Shown here: positions 28,756-38,755 of the stretch, piece after piece
Numbering within the stretch: position 1 is the first letter of the stretch
How the letters are laid out: each line of letters opens with the position of its first letter
NCBI GenBank assembly: GCA_041906785.1
Contig: JAYRIM010000021.1
Span: 17,881 to 81,880, forward strand
Length of the DNA stretch: 64,000 nucleotides
Reading direction: 5' to 3'
Source of the DNA: Candidatus Levyibacteriota bacterium
GTDB lineage: Bacteria; Patescibacteriota; Microgenomatia; Levybacterales; UBA12049
Position numbers and translations under genes: made by a program
Notes under the pieces: generated by a model
Told to the model about the DNA's origin: nothing
What the model saw: the letters and a program-made list of their open reading frames with translations, nothing else
Database searches by the model: none

Positions 28756-29440
28756 TGAAGAAAAACTTCTCTGGGCGCAAGGAATTTCGCATGTTGTAGG
28801 TATTGATGAAGTAGGTAGAGGTGCATTCGCCGGACCGTTGGTGGCAGCTGGAGTTATTTTTAATCCATGCTTATGCAGTTCGTTAGAACAATGTGAACGA
28901 TGCGTTCAAAAAGAACTAAACGAAATTCATGACTCTAAATTGCTTACACCAACTAAGAGAGAAGAACTTAGTCTATATATTCAAAAAACTGCTTTTGCTT
29001 GGAGCATAGCAGAAGTGTCAATTTCAGTTATTAATCGTATTGGCATAGGAAAAGCTACTCAGATTGCATTTAAGAAGGTAGTATCAAGTATTTCGTATAA
29101 AGTATTATGTATAAATCAAGAAAGAAGTAAACAAAAAATACATAATACACGGAGTTTCTTTCTTATTGATGGTTTTCCAATTGAGAAAATGAAAGGAGAC
29201 TCTCAAAAGGCCATAATTAAGGGTGACCAAATAAGTATTTCCATAGCAGCAGCTTCTATTATTGCAAAAGTGTATAGAGATAAACGTATGAAAGAATATC
29301 CAGAGAAATATGCTATGTATCACTTTGATAAACATAAAGGGTACGGGACAAAAGAACATCAAGAAGCGATCAGAAAATATGGTTTAAGTGATATTCATAG
29401 AAAATCATTCCACTTATCGAAATTTACTACTTCTCTATAA
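28727..29440 (+). CDS. rnhB: ribonuclease HII
   Basis: VVGIDEVGRGAFAGPLVAAGV (DEVGRG), DSKLLTPTKRE, GDQISISIAAASIIAKVYRD motifs; likely ATG 28727 overlapping upstream gene end. Confidence 0.8.
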   Translation: MKKQIPPSFNEEKLLWAQGISHVVGIDEVGRGAFAGPLVAAGVIFNPCLCSSLEQCERCVQKELNEIHDSKLLTPTKREELSLYIQKTAFAWSIAEVSISVINRIGIGKATQIAFKKVVSSISYKVLCINQERSKQKIHNTRSFFLIDGFPIEKMKGDSQKAIIKGDQISISIAAASIIAKVYRDKRMKEYPEKYAMYHFDKHKGYGTKEHQEAIRKYGLSDIHRKSFHLSKFTTSL

Positions 29441-29529
29441 CGCTTCGTAAAATAAGAGAATTAAAAAAGAAAGTAATACTGATCTATTGACAGACTACAT
29501 AAACTGAGAGCATAGTGTATTTAAAGAGG

Positions 29530-29547
29530 TATGTGATCTAGATCACA
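29530..29547. promoter_or_regulatory. perfect 18-bp palindrome ATGTGATCTAGATCACAT, candidate operator about 30 nt upstream of 29579 start
   Basis: Self-complementary sequence read directly. Confidence 0.3.
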
Positions 29548-29578
29548 TGATATTTCCTCTGAAAGGGGGTGATAGTAC

Positions 29579-29974
29579 ATGGATTTTAAAAATGTTCTTA
29601 CTCCTCGAGGTTTTCTTTCACTAGGTGGGGTTGTCCTCGTCCTCGTAGGTGTTTTAGGCTTCTTAGGTGTTATCGGTCCCACAGCTCAACAAAGTCTTTT
29701 TGGTGATGCATGGTGGTTTGATAATGCTGAAAATGTAGCTCACACCGTACTCGGTGTAGTAGCTCTTTTAGCTCCTATGGTCGTAAAACAGGACAATATG
29801 CTGAAATGGTTAGTCACTGTTGTAGGATTAGTTGGACTTCTTGTCGGACTATACAACTTTACCAGTACACAGTTACTAGGTGCGAATTTAGAAAGCCCAG
29901 CAGATCTCGTTTTACATCTCGTAGTAGGTGCTTGGGGGCTCGCAGCCGGCCTCATGCCGAGAAAGACTGCGTAA
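29579..29974 (+). CDS. small 4-TM membrane protein, hypothetical
   Basis: 131 aa, GAGGG/GGGTG RBS-like upstream, strong terminator downstream. Confidence 0.4.
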   Translation: MDFKNVLTPRGFLSLGGVVLVLVGVLGFLGVIGPTAQQSLFGDAWWFDNAENVAHTVLGVVALLAPMVVKQDNMLKWLVTVVGLVGLLVGLYNFTSTQLLGANLESPADLVLHLVVGAWGLAAGLMPRKTA

Positions 29975-29993
29975 TTACATATTGTATTTATCA

Positions 29994-30027
29994 GAACCGC
30001 ATAGATATCTATGCGGTTCTTTTTTTG
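29994..30027 (+). terminator. rho-independent terminator GAACCGCATAGATATCTATGCGGTTC + T7
   Basis: Perfect 11-bp stem and U-tract. Confidence 0.8.
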
Positions 30028-30141
30028 TTTTAATCCACTTCTTTCCGTGCTCACAAATAAAGAGATTGAAAGGTTTTTGTAACATTTATATCAAGTTTGA
30101 TGAATCATAGATGTTTATAGTATAGCCATAAGGAGGAACCT

Positions 30142-31497
30142 ATGACTTTTGAAAGAAATAGCCAATCCTTAAGATTTAAAACTATACCATCCCGAACAAG
30201 TTTTATTCGGGATTATAATGTTACTCCAATTCGCGTGTCTTCTGTACATCCTTTTAGTGCAGAAAGGATGAAACAAACATATTTTCATTCGAAAGCAGGA
30301 CCTCGTTTTTCACCTGAACAGAATGTTTTTCTCAAAAGTTTTAGTAAAAATGTAGAAATATTTAGTAGCACCCCTAGAAAACATCAATCGAGTGAAATAC
30401 CACGAATCCGGAAACCAGATGTAAAGCCCTATAATCCTCTTCCTTCTATAGTTCATGAAGGTCCGGTTTCTCAAAGGGATTTGAATAGAAGCCGAGTTGA
30501 ATGGAAAAACGATAGTAGCGAAAAAAGAATAAAGAAAAGTGAAAATATTACAAGATTGAATGAAAAGCCACATTTATTCAGACGAGGTGATCAAATAGGC
30601 GCAAAACCTGAATCTACAAATGAAAGATTACGGGTGACACGTGAAACATTAAGAAAGGAAAAAAGTGATTATCGCCAAACACATATTGAGCAAACTGTTC
30701 AAGCAGTATCAGCAATTAGAACTGAACTCCGTACAATAAGACAAGAATATTCTCCTTTTAGTGCAAAAACAAACGAGCAAACAAGAAAATCTACTCCAAA
30801 AGATTCATTATATGCATTGATGAAATTAATGCAAAAAGCAAAAGCAGTAGAAATGATGCTTGAAGGAAAAAAATTAAGTAGAAAAGAAGAAAAATTATTT
30901 ATAAAAATGAGAAAAACGTTAAGAAAACAACAAGAAAAGATAATGAGATTCCGAAGAAAACTAAAAGAAAAATACCAACGTCTTCGAGAAAAAGCTCTAA
31001 TACGAAAAGAACAACAAAAAAGACCAAGTGGATTTGCAGTAGATTATTTGATGAATATGAATAGAGTTATGCTAGTGAAACAAGCATATGAGTTTGCGAA
31101 AGGTCACAGAACATTTTTAACTACAATTCTGAAGGGTAATACCATTACAGGAAATGAAATAGCAAAATATATATCTGTTAGATCAAAATCATTAAAAAGT
31201 AGAATACGGGAGCTTAAAGGAAGAGCACGCGATGGGGGACTGGTACTGTTTAAAAACTTTATTAAAAGTATTGGAAAAATTGAATCAGTTCAGCAAGCAG
31301 AAGAACATGCTAAATATGCAGCAAATCAATATCCTGCTGTTGTCCGAAGTAGATATGATGAAGGACTTGATGGATATGTGCGGAATGTCGTATTAATGGA
31401 TAGAAGAGATAAGGAAGAAGAACAAAAAAATCGAAAAGTTACTACGAATCACATCGTATTTCCTGCAAGAAATCATCAAACTGCTTTAGCTGCTTAA
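30142..31497 (+). CDS. highly basic K/R/E-rich 451-aa protein, hypothetical (coiled-coil, possible nucleic-acid binding)
   Basis: Long ORF with GGAGG RBS; composition-biased; no family recognised. Confidence 0.35.
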   Translation: MTFERNSQSLRFKTIPSRTSFIRDYNVTPIRVSSVHPFSAERMKQTYFHSKAGPRFSPEQNVFLKSFSKNVEIFSSTPRKHQSSEIPRIRKPDVKPYNPLPSIVHEGPVSQRDLNRSRVEWKNDSSEKRIKKSENITRLNEKPHLFRRGDQIGAKPESTNERLRVTRETLRKEKSDYRQTHIEQTVQAVSAIRTELRTIRQEYSPFSAKTNEQTRKSTPKDSLYALMKLMQKAKAVEMMLEGKKLSRKEEKLFIKMRKTLRKQQEKIMRFRRKLKEKYQRLREKALIRKEQQKRPSGFAVDYLMNMNRVMLVKQAYEFAKGHRTFLTTILKGNTITGNEIAKYISVRSKSLKSRIRELKGRARDGGLVLFKNFIKSIGKIESVQQAEEHAKYAANQYPAVVRSRYDEGLDGYVRNVVLMDRRDKEEEQKNRKVTTNHIVFPARNHQTALAA

Positions 31498-31498
31498 T

Positions 31499-33160
31499 TT
31501 AAGAAGCCTGTTTCTGATGAGGATTTTCTTCTATCAAATATTGTGCGGCATATGCTTCAGTTACATCGATTTTCTTATGGGGATTAAAAATAGAATCTGG
31601 GTCGAAGATTTCCTTTATTCTTTTAAATATACCATACATTTCTTTTCCAAACATTTTTTCTAAATAAGGGCTTCGTATTAAGCCATCATTATGTTCACCG
31701 GTGAGTGACCCACCGAATTTTAAAGTCAAATCAAAAACTTTTTTTCCCACAGAATATATCTTCGCTCGTTCCTTCGGATCTGATAAATCCATAAGCGGGA
31801 TAATATGGAAATTGCCATTTCCTATGTGTCCTGCAATTGTTGCTTGGATATGAGATTCATCAATTATTTTATATAACTCAGGGAGAAATTCCGGATAGAC
31901 TTCAGGTTTTACACATGTATCATCGATAAACGGCGCAGCGTATTTATTTTTTACGTGATGTCGTAATAAATTAAAACTTTCTCTGCGGATAGCCCAGTAT
32001 TTTTTTCGCTCTGATTCATTATGTGTGATTTTTAATTGTAGATTATCAAATTGAATCAGTTCATCAGATAAGGATTTAAGCTTCTGATGTATAGTATGAA
32101 TACTATCATCTTCAAATTCTACGAGTAGAACTAGTTTAGGCATACCTTTGGCGAGCACATATGCGTATTCAGGTAAAAATTGCTTAATTGTCTGAAAAGG
32201 AGAAGATTTTAAAATGGGTGAAAAGCCGGTAACATATCGAAGTGCTAATCGGAGTGTATAATGGTCAAATGTCTCAAAACTATCAGGATTATAGGAAAGA
32301 ACTTTTTTAACAATTTCAGGAAGATTATCTAAATTATCTAAATATGCGACAAGTAGACCGTGATGCTTCTTTTTCTGTACTACTTTCAATGTTGCTTCTG
32401 TAATCAACCCTAGTGTTCCTTGCGAACCAACAAACAATTTAGTCATATCAAAATGTTCTTTATCCCAAACTCGCCAGATTGTATATCCGGCAGAATTTTT
32501 TGAAACATCAGGTTTATATTTCTGAATCTTTTCATAATTCGATTCAACTAACTTAAATACCTCCCGATATACTTGTCCCTCAAAGGTTTTTAAATCCATT
32601 TTCTTTTCTAGTTCGCTTTTCGTAATTTTAGTGAAAGTATACACATTCCCATCTCTTAAGATAACTTTTAAAGAAGTCACGAAATCTTCAGCCTTACCAA
32701 ACTGTAACGATTTTTCGCCTCCTGCATTATTCGCCACTATTCCACCTACAGCACATAAACGTTTAGAGGACGGATAGGGGGGATATATAAGATCATGTTT
32801 TAGTAATTCATGCTCAAGATCTCTAAAATAAACTCCTGGTTCTACCACGGCTTCGTTGTGAGAAATCTTATGGATTTTATTAAACTTTTCAAATGCGATA
32901 AGAATAGACTCAGTAAGCGAACCCCCACTCATACAAGTACCTGCAGCACGGGCTGCTACTGATAAATGGGGATGTATGTGTTTATGTTCGTTTAAAAAAT
33001 GTATAATTTTTTGCAGATCTGCTACAGATTCCGGAAAAACAACTGCAAGCGGCTTCATTTGGAAAACACTCGCATCTCGTTTATATTTCTCACGAGTTTC
33101 ATCGTCAAGGAAAACCTTGTTAGGTAGTAATTGTTGGAGTTGGGCCAGAACGTTTATCAT
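31499..33160 (-). CDS. FAD-linked oxidase (GlcD / D-lactate dehydrogenase-like)
   Basis: FAD-binding PCMH motifs GTCMSGGS, VVEPGVYFRDL, CAVGGIVANNAGG; C-terminal FAD-oxidase_C. Start trimmed to Met 33160 because the track start lies inside the palindromic repeat. Confidence 0.65.
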   Translation of the reverse strand: MINVLAQLQQLLPNKVFLDDETREKYKRDASVFQMKPLAVVFPESVADLQKIIHFLNEHKHIHPHLSVAARAAGTCMSGGSLTESILIAFEKFNKIHKISHNEAVVEPGVYFRDLEHELLKHDLIYPPYPSSKRLCAVGGIVANNAGGEKSLQFGKAEDFVTSLKVILRDGNVYTFTKITKSELEKKMDLKTFEGQVYREVFKLVESNYEKIQKYKPDVSKNSAGYTIWRVWDKEHFDMTKLFVGSQGTLGLITEATLKVVQKKKHHGLLVAYLDNLDNLPEIVKKVLSYNPDSFETFDHYTLRLALRYVTGFSPILKSSPFQTIKQFLPEYAYVLAKGMPKLVLLVEFEDDSIHTIHQKLKSLSDELIQFDNLQLKITHNESERKKYWAIRRESFNLLRHHVKNKYAAPFIDDTCVKPEVYPEFLPELYKIIDESHIQATIAGHIGNGNFHIIPLMDLSDPKERAKIYSVGKKVFDLTLKFGGSLTGEHNDGLIRSPYLEKMFGKEMYGIFKRIKEIFDPDSIFNPHKKIDVTEAYAAQYLIEENPHQKQAS

Positions 33161-33248
33161 AAGGGACCTAAGAGCCAGAAGAGCCAGAGGTACCAAAGGC
33201 TTAAACATTTGTCTCCTTTGGCCCCTTTGTCTCTTTTGGAACCTCTAA
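33161..33248. repeat. composite palindromic intergenic repeat, copy 3
   Basis: AGAGCCAGAAGAGCCAGAGGTACCAAAGGC...CATTTGTCTCCTTTGGCCCCTTTGTCTCTTTTGGAACC. Confidence 0.65.
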
Positions 33249-34274
33249 CTATTTTTTCATTACACATTTCACTGCTTCTTTTATCGCAGGAATGTCCATA
33301 TGGTATTTAGCAAGTAATTCTGGTGTTTTACCGGATTCTGCAAATGTGTCTTGCAAACCTATAAATGCCATTTTCGTTGGTCGTTTTTTAGCAAGTATCT
33401 CTGCGATCATGCCACCCAATCCTCCAGTTACTTGGTGATCTTCGACAGTGACAACTGCTCCTGATTTATTCACAGCCTGAATAATCTGATCCTCCTTAAT
33501 AGGTTTGATAGTCGGAACGTTAAACACGTCTACAGAGATATGTTCCCCTTCAAGTTCTCTAGCTGCAAGCAACGCATGATAGGTCATGTAGCCCATCGAA
33601 AAAATAGTTGCAATTGGTGCATCTGATTTCCAAAAATGTTGAATACTTCCAAGATCAAAAGGGGTTTCTTCAGTAGTCATCACAGGAGTTTTATCCCGGG
33701 TAAATCGTATATACACAGGACCGTCGGTTTCAGCGGCTAGAATCGTTACCTTTTTACCCTGTAACGCATCAACAGGGACGAAAATACTCATTCCAGGCCA
33801 GGCACGGGTTGAAGAAATATCTTCAGTTGCTTGATGAGTAGCGCCATCAGGACCGGTCATTATTCCCGCATGATGCCCGGCTATTTTAACATTGGTTCGA
33901 TTATAAACAGCAGTAGTACGTATAGTTTCCCAGTTCTTACCTGGCGAAAAGGTAGCATATGAGGATATAAAAGCTGTTTTTCCAGCTGCAGCGAGTCCAG
34001 CGGCAACTGCTGCCATATTTTGTTCAGCAACACCGCATTCGAAGAATCTATCAGGATATTTTTTTTCAAAACCGTTAGCTTTCGTGGATTCTGAAAGATC
34101 AGCAGTTAACACAACAACATTTTGATTTTTTTCACCGAGAATTTCAAGCCCATCACCATACCCTTCACGAGTCGCCCGCTGCTCAACATCTTTATCGAAT
34201 AATTTCGAATTTAATTTAAGGTCAGGATTTAGCATATTATTTTTTACAACATTTTGTTTTTTCAAAAAAAACAT
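33249..34274 (-). CDS. transketolase, C-terminal (pyrimidine-binding + C-terminal domain) subunit
   Basis: ECGVAEQNMAAVAAGLAAAGKTAF, GPDGATHQATEDI motifs. Confidence 0.8.
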   Translation of the reverse strand: MFFLKKQNVVKNNMLNPDLKLNSKLFDKDVEQRATREGYGDGLEILGEKNQNVVVLTADLSESTKANGFEKKYPDRFFECGVAEQNMAAVAAGLAAAGKTAFISSYATFSPGKNWETIRTTAVYNRTNVKIAGHHAGIMTGPDGATHQATEDISSTRAWPGMSIFVPVDALQGKKVTILAAETDGPVYIRFTRDKTPVMTTEETPFDLGSIQHFWKSDAPIATIFSMGYMTYHALLAARELEGEHISVDVFNVPTIKPIKEDQIIQAVNKSGAVVTVEDHQVTGGLGGMIAEILAKKRPTKMAFIGLQDTFAESGKTPELLAKYHMDIPAIKEAVKCVMKK

Positions 34275-34836
34275 TGCAACAAGAAAAATTCCTGTGAATT
34301 CTAAAGTATTGATTAATTATGTTAATTTTATATCGGTTTAATCATTTCTAGTATTCTTTCTAGACAATAATAATTAGTAAGACCAGTTCTCTTTGTTGGT
34401 GAAATTAAATCACTTAAAAAAGATGGACAATCTGGAAAACGAATAGTTCGCACATTTTCATCTATAAATGGTTGAGATGCTAAAACAATAATAAAATCAA
34501 ATAACAGTATTTGTGTGGTTTTATTTTTCATTAAGTTACTTATATTTACTACGAGTTAAAATTTTCTTTTTAAAAATTATTTTTAATATAATAATATAAT
34601 ATAGAACAATCGTCCATGAGATAATAAGTGTGGGAAGAAGTAATGAAATTTTTCTATCAAAATTACAAGATCCTACGACAGCGCCTGATAACGGATAGCA
34701 TAGTGTTGGCCATAGAGTAATTGAAATTCCTAACAATTTGAGTAAGAAATCACTTAGTATAAATGTAAAAATTGCTAATACTATTGCAATACTTAATGCA
34801 ATTATATTATTATTCCTCTCTTTTCTTTTAGTAGAA

Positions 34837-37098
34837 TTATTCATGTTCGCTTTTTATCCTTCCTTGTAATGTACGTAATTCATTCAGTGCTTTTTTTGCT
34901 TCTTCTGGATTTGGCGGTTTTCCATGCCAGAGATAATTTTCTTCCATAAAATCCACACCTCTTCCAGGTATCGTATGGGCGATGATACATGTCGGTTTTT
35001 CAAAGATTGAATTCGCTTCGCGAACTGCATCGACAATAGCTCTATAGTTATGACCATCTATTTCAATTACGGACCAGTTAAATGCTTCATACTTCGCCCG
35101 AAGTGGTTCTAGAGGCATAATTTGTTCGGTAACTCCGTCTATCTGAATATTATTTCTATCAATAATAACAGTCAAATTATTAACTTTGTATTTTCCCGCA
35201 AACATAATTGCCTCCCATGTATTGCCTTCTTGATGTTCACCATCTGAAGTCAGACAATATACTTGGTATCTTTTTTTATCTAACTTTGCAGCTAATGCCA
35301 TACCTATTGCCTGTGATAGCCCTTCACCAAGCGGACCTGATGTATTCTCAACACCTGGCAATGCACCACGATGCGGATGTCCTTGTAATCTTGAATTTAT
35401 TTTTCGAAGCGTCTTTAACTCTTCTACTGGGAAAAAACCAGCTAAAGCCATTGTAACGTATTGGACGGGACAAATATGTCCGTTTGATAAGACTAATCTA
35501 TCTCTGTCTGGATCTGTCGGATTTTTCGGGTCAATATTAAGAATATGGAAATACATACATGCGAAAATATCTGCCATACCAAGTGGCCCAGCTGAATGAC
35601 CAGAACCTGCCTCTAAAAGTGTTTCAATGATCAATTGGCGTATTTGTGTGGCTTTATCTTCTAACTCTGCCACTTTATCATCGTGAAGTTCAGGAATAAC
35701 GAAATTTGAAGTTGTTTTTACTGAAATCTCTCCTGTTTTTATTTCAGTTACTTGAGAAGTTGTTTTTCCTTGCGGTTTCTCAATAGTTAATGAAGCGTCT
35801 TTCTTTCGTAATACTAGAATAATATCTGCGACATTGGAAGGAAGTTTCCCGGTCACTAAAGCATCGTTTGTTTTTTCAAGGAATTTCAGAGAATCATTAT
35901 TCTTTATATATTCTTCAGGGTTTAGTTGAGCTTTTTCAGCTTTCTCGACTGTCGTATTATCGACAATTCCACCTGCATTATGTGAATTATCCCAGCCGTC
36001 TGTACCGACTGAAGCTATTGTAACTGCGTCTCCGACGTAGGGGAGAGCAGCAAGGACGAGTTGTTGGTTTCTGCCTCCCTCTCCATTTCCTGTAACTTTT
36101 ACTGTTGTCTCTCCACCGGCGAGAAGAATCTGGCCAGGTTTTACTTGTTCTATTAAAAATTTACCCGCTTCGTTCGCATCTGCTTGATATTGATCAGAAT
36201 ATATGACAGCTTCATATCCTAATTCTGTAGCTTTATCTTTCATTGCGTTTAATGCAGTTATATTACTTAACATGACAACTGGGGAAACATGTTCAAAATA
36301 TTGGTCTTCTTTCGGGGTTTCCATAAAACATTCATTTAGGGACAACTCTGTAAGCTGAGGATACTTTTCTAAAAGCATTCTTACATCAGCGAGAGTAGAC
36401 GCGTCTTTTACTGTTGGCCCAGAAGCAATTGTCGATAAATCATTTCCTGGCACATCAGAATAAACAAGTGTTACTATCTCTGCGGGGTATAAAATTTTCG
36501 CGAGTCCTCCTCCTTTTACGGCTGACAAATGTTTTCGGATAACGTTCATTTCTTTTATATTTGCACCGCAGTGAAGAAGGGTTTTGTCTACTGCGATTTT
36601 TTGTTCAAATGTAATTCCTTTTGGAAGCTCAAACATAGCAGACCCACCACCACAAATAACTACCAGCACAAGATCCTTCTGGGTTAGTTGATATGACTCC
36701 ATTTTTTCGACTACTTGTTTCGTAAATTCGACATTTTCTGCAGATGGAAGTGGGTGAGTTCCTTTCGTAAAATTAAGCTTTGCAAACTGCTGTTCGATAA
36801 CGTCAATTACATACCCATCAGTTAACCGCTCCATTAATAATTGTTCTAGTAAATATGCGTTTTTAGCAGCTCCTTTACCGAATCCGATGAGGAATATTCT
36901 CTGATAATCAGCGAGATTGTATTGTTTATCTTGTACGATCAGTGTTTCACCCTCTAATGATATTGATTTCTTCAATACAGCTTCTGGCTGTAAAGCGGCA
37001 AATCCTGTATCGATAAGATTAAGAAGGATTGTTCTTTCTGGAGTTGTAGCAAGATCTTGGAAATTTCGTACCATCATAACTACTACCAGCTTACCCAA
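34837..37098 (-). CDS. fusion protein: glycerate 2-kinase (MOFRL family) N-terminal about 440 aa + transketolase N-terminal (thiamine-diphosphate-binding) subunit C-terminal about 290 aa
   Basis: Glycerate kinase GGETTVKVTGNGEGGRNQQ and VICGGGSAMFE motifs. Then HSAGPLGMADIF, LSNGH, GPLGEGLSQAIGMALA and LTSDGEHQEGNTWEA transketolase N-terminal motifs, in one uninterrupted 753-aa ORF. Confidence 0.75.
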   Translation of the reverse strand: MGKLVVVMMVRNFQDLATTPERTILLNLIDTGFAALQPEAVLKKSISLEGETLIVQDKQYNLADYQRIFLIGFGKGAAKNAYLLEQLLMERLTDGYVIDVIEQQFAKLNFTKGTHPLPSAENVEFTKQVVEKMESYQLTQKDLVLVVICGGGSAMFELPKGITFEQKIAVDKTLLHCGANIKEMNVIRKHLSAVKGGGLAKILYPAEIVTLVYSDVPGNDLSTIASGPTVKDASTLADVRMLLEKYPQLTELSLNECFMETPKEDQYFEHVSPVVMLSNITALNAMKDKATELGYEAVIYSDQYQADANEAGKFLIEQVKPGQILLAGGETTVKVTGNGEGGRNQQLVLAALPYVGDAVTIASVGTDGWDNSHNAGGIVDNTTVEKAEKAQLNPEEYIKNNDSLKFLEKTNDALVTGKLPSNVADIILVLRKKDASLTIEKPQGKTTSQVTEIKTGEISVKTTSNFVIPELHDDKVAELEDKATQIRQLIIETLLEAGSGHSAGPLGMADIFACMYFHILNIDPKNPTDPDRDRLVLSNGHICPVQYVTMALAGFFPVEELKTLRKINSRLQGHPHRGALPGVENTSGPLGEGLSQAIGMALAAKLDKKRYQVYCLTSDGEHQEGNTWEAIMFAGKYKVNNLTVIIDRNNIQIDGVTEQIMPLEPLRAKYEAFNWSVIEIDGHNYRAIVDAVREANSIFEKPTCIIAHTIPGRGVDFMEENYLWHGKPPNPEEAKKALNELRTLQGRIKSEHE

Positions 37099-37177
37099 AT
37101 TTTTACTGTTTGTCTAGAATTAAGTTTGAGAGATAGATATTGTATTACCTATATCGACTTGATATCATGAATATGAT

Positions 37178-37795
37178 ATGCGGAAATTTGTTTTCTTATT
37201 TCTGATTTTTTCCTTTTTTGTTACACCATATACATATGCTGCGAAGCCAACACCTCCATCATTTAATCCTAAATCTGTTTGTATTGATGCTGGTCATGGA
37301 GGAAGTGATCCAGGAACTGTAAACAGTGATTTACTAGAAAAAAATGTAAATTTGGATACTGCACTTCGATTAGAATCGAAACTTGTAAATGCTGGATATA
37401 TAGTCTATATGACGAGAACAAATGATGTGTCACTTTCAAATGCTGATCGTTATAGTTATTGTAATGCTCAGAAAGCGAGCATTTTAATTTCTATTCACCA
37501 TAACGGCTCTTCTGACATAGCGATTGATTACACATCTGCTCTATACATGAAAAAAACAGATCAAAAACTTGCGAGTATTGTTTCAAGCGAAATTTCATCA
37601 TTTTTAGGACTTCCTATTTACGGAATATCCCGTTTCGCTTCAGGTGTATTGCTAAAAGCTGAAATGCCAGCGACTATTTCAGAAGGTTTTTTCTTAACAA
37701 ATAGTGAAGAATATTCATTAATAAAAAATAATGAGAGGTTGAATCAAGAGGCAGATGCACTTTTTTCTTCTATCCAGAAGTACTTCAATAATTAA
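37178..37795 (+). CDS. N-acetylmuramoyl-L-alanine amidase (Amidase_3 family)
   Basis: Signal peptide; CIDAGHGGSDPG, ISIHHNG and downstream Glu motifs. Confidence 0.7.
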   Translation: MRKFVFLFLIFSFFVTPYTYAAKPTPPSFNPKSVCIDAGHGGSDPGTVNSDLLEKNVNLDTALRLESKLVNAGYIVYMTRTNDVSLSNADRYSYCNAQKASILISIHHNGSSDIAIDYTSALYMKKTDQKLASIVSSEISSFLGLPIYGISRFASGVLLKAEMPATISEGFFLTNSEEYSLIKNNERLNQEADALFSSIQKYFNN

Positions 37796-37796
37796 G

Positions 37797-37868
37797 TGAG
37801 CCTGGGAGGATTTGAACCTCCAACCAATACCTTAAGAGGGTACTGCTCTACCGTTGAGCTACAGGCCC
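37797..37868 (-). tRNA. tRNA-Lys (anticodon CUU)
   Basis: Reverse complement GGGCCTGTAGCTCAACGGTAGAGCAGTACCCTCTTAAGGTATTGGTTGGAGGTTCAAATCCTCCCAGGCTCA; loop CTCTTAA. Confidence 0.8.
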
Positions 37869-37986
37869 GTTATAAAAATGAAAATTTAAATCTCAAATAG
37901 CTAAAATACAGTTGTTATTGTAGCAAAAAACATATCCCACCACCACTTCTTAGATAGATCATATAGATTGCAACAATTTATTTAGT

Positions 37987-38682
37987 GTGATACCGTCTGC
38001 ACAAAATATGGCTGAGCAAGTGAGACCATCTATATATGAAGACACTACGAATTTAAGGCCTGAGAGTGCGGCAGATGAAAGATTTCGTGCGTTACGAAAT
38101 CGCTTTCGCTATTTAACCACAATGTTCACCACTGGTGAGCCTAATTTTCGACCTCAGGAACGATCACAAGCATTTGATTGGCATCTTTATGTCGATAACA
38201 AACCTACATTTTTACGTATGTATGTTAATACTTTCGGATATGCATTTAAAGAACCTGGTGCAAGTTTCGTAATTAACGAAAGGTCTCGTGTACACATACC
38301 AGCAGGGAAACCTTTTCAGCCCACAGAGAGATCTAGTGATTTAGATGATGAAATGTTAAAAATTTGGGAGGTTTTAGATACTATCGCACAATTGGAGAAT
38401 CAAGTAGGAAGAGGAATAGAACCAGCACACAGAGAAGTTTTTGAAGGCAGAGGAGAATTCTTTTATCCCCATTTTGTGGTTGATGATCATTTATCTAGAG
38501 AGGGAATAGCTCTTTACTCCAATTCAGGTATAACTATTCCTTTACACGAAATAGGTTTCGGATCTGCTAAAGAAACAAATATAGTTGTAGGGTTATTTTT
38601 TAAACCAGTAACCTATGTTGAACATGCAAGAACAAAAGATTCTATACGATCACATGGTCAAGTATATCCTCTTATCGTTTAG
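37987..38682 (+). CDS. hypothetical soluble protein bracketed by two tRNA genes
   Basis: 231-aa ORF; stop codon directly abuts tRNA-Arg. Confidence 0.35.
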   Translation: MIPSAQNMAEQVRPSIYEDTTNLRPESAADERFRALRNRFRYLTTMFTTGEPNFRPQERSQAFDWHLYVDNKPTFLRMYVNTFGYAFKEPGASFVINERSRVHIPAGKPFQPTERSSDLDDEMLKIWEVLDTIAQLENQVGRGIEPAHREVFEGRGEFFYPHFVVDDHLSREGIALYSNSGITIPLHEIGFGSAKETNIVVGLFFKPVTYVEHARTKDSIRSHGQVYPLIV

Positions 38683-38755
38683 TACGCCCGAGAGGAGTCG
38701 AACCTCCAACCCTGTGGTCCGAAGCCACATGCTCTATCCATTAAGCTACGGGCGC
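38683..38755 (-). tRNA. tRNA-Arg (anticodon UCG)
   Basis: Reverse complement GCGCCCGTAGCTTAATGGATAGAGCATGTGGCTTCGGACCACAGGGTTGGAGGTTCGACTCCTCTCGGGCGTA; loop CTTCGGA. Confidence 0.75.

Noticed and set aside
34536-34844. 102-aa minus-strand membrane ORF overlapping the start of the glycerate-kinase fusion gene
   Set aside because: No RBS, extreme AT-rich low-complexity sequence, and it overlaps the downstream gene start. Probably non-coding spacer.
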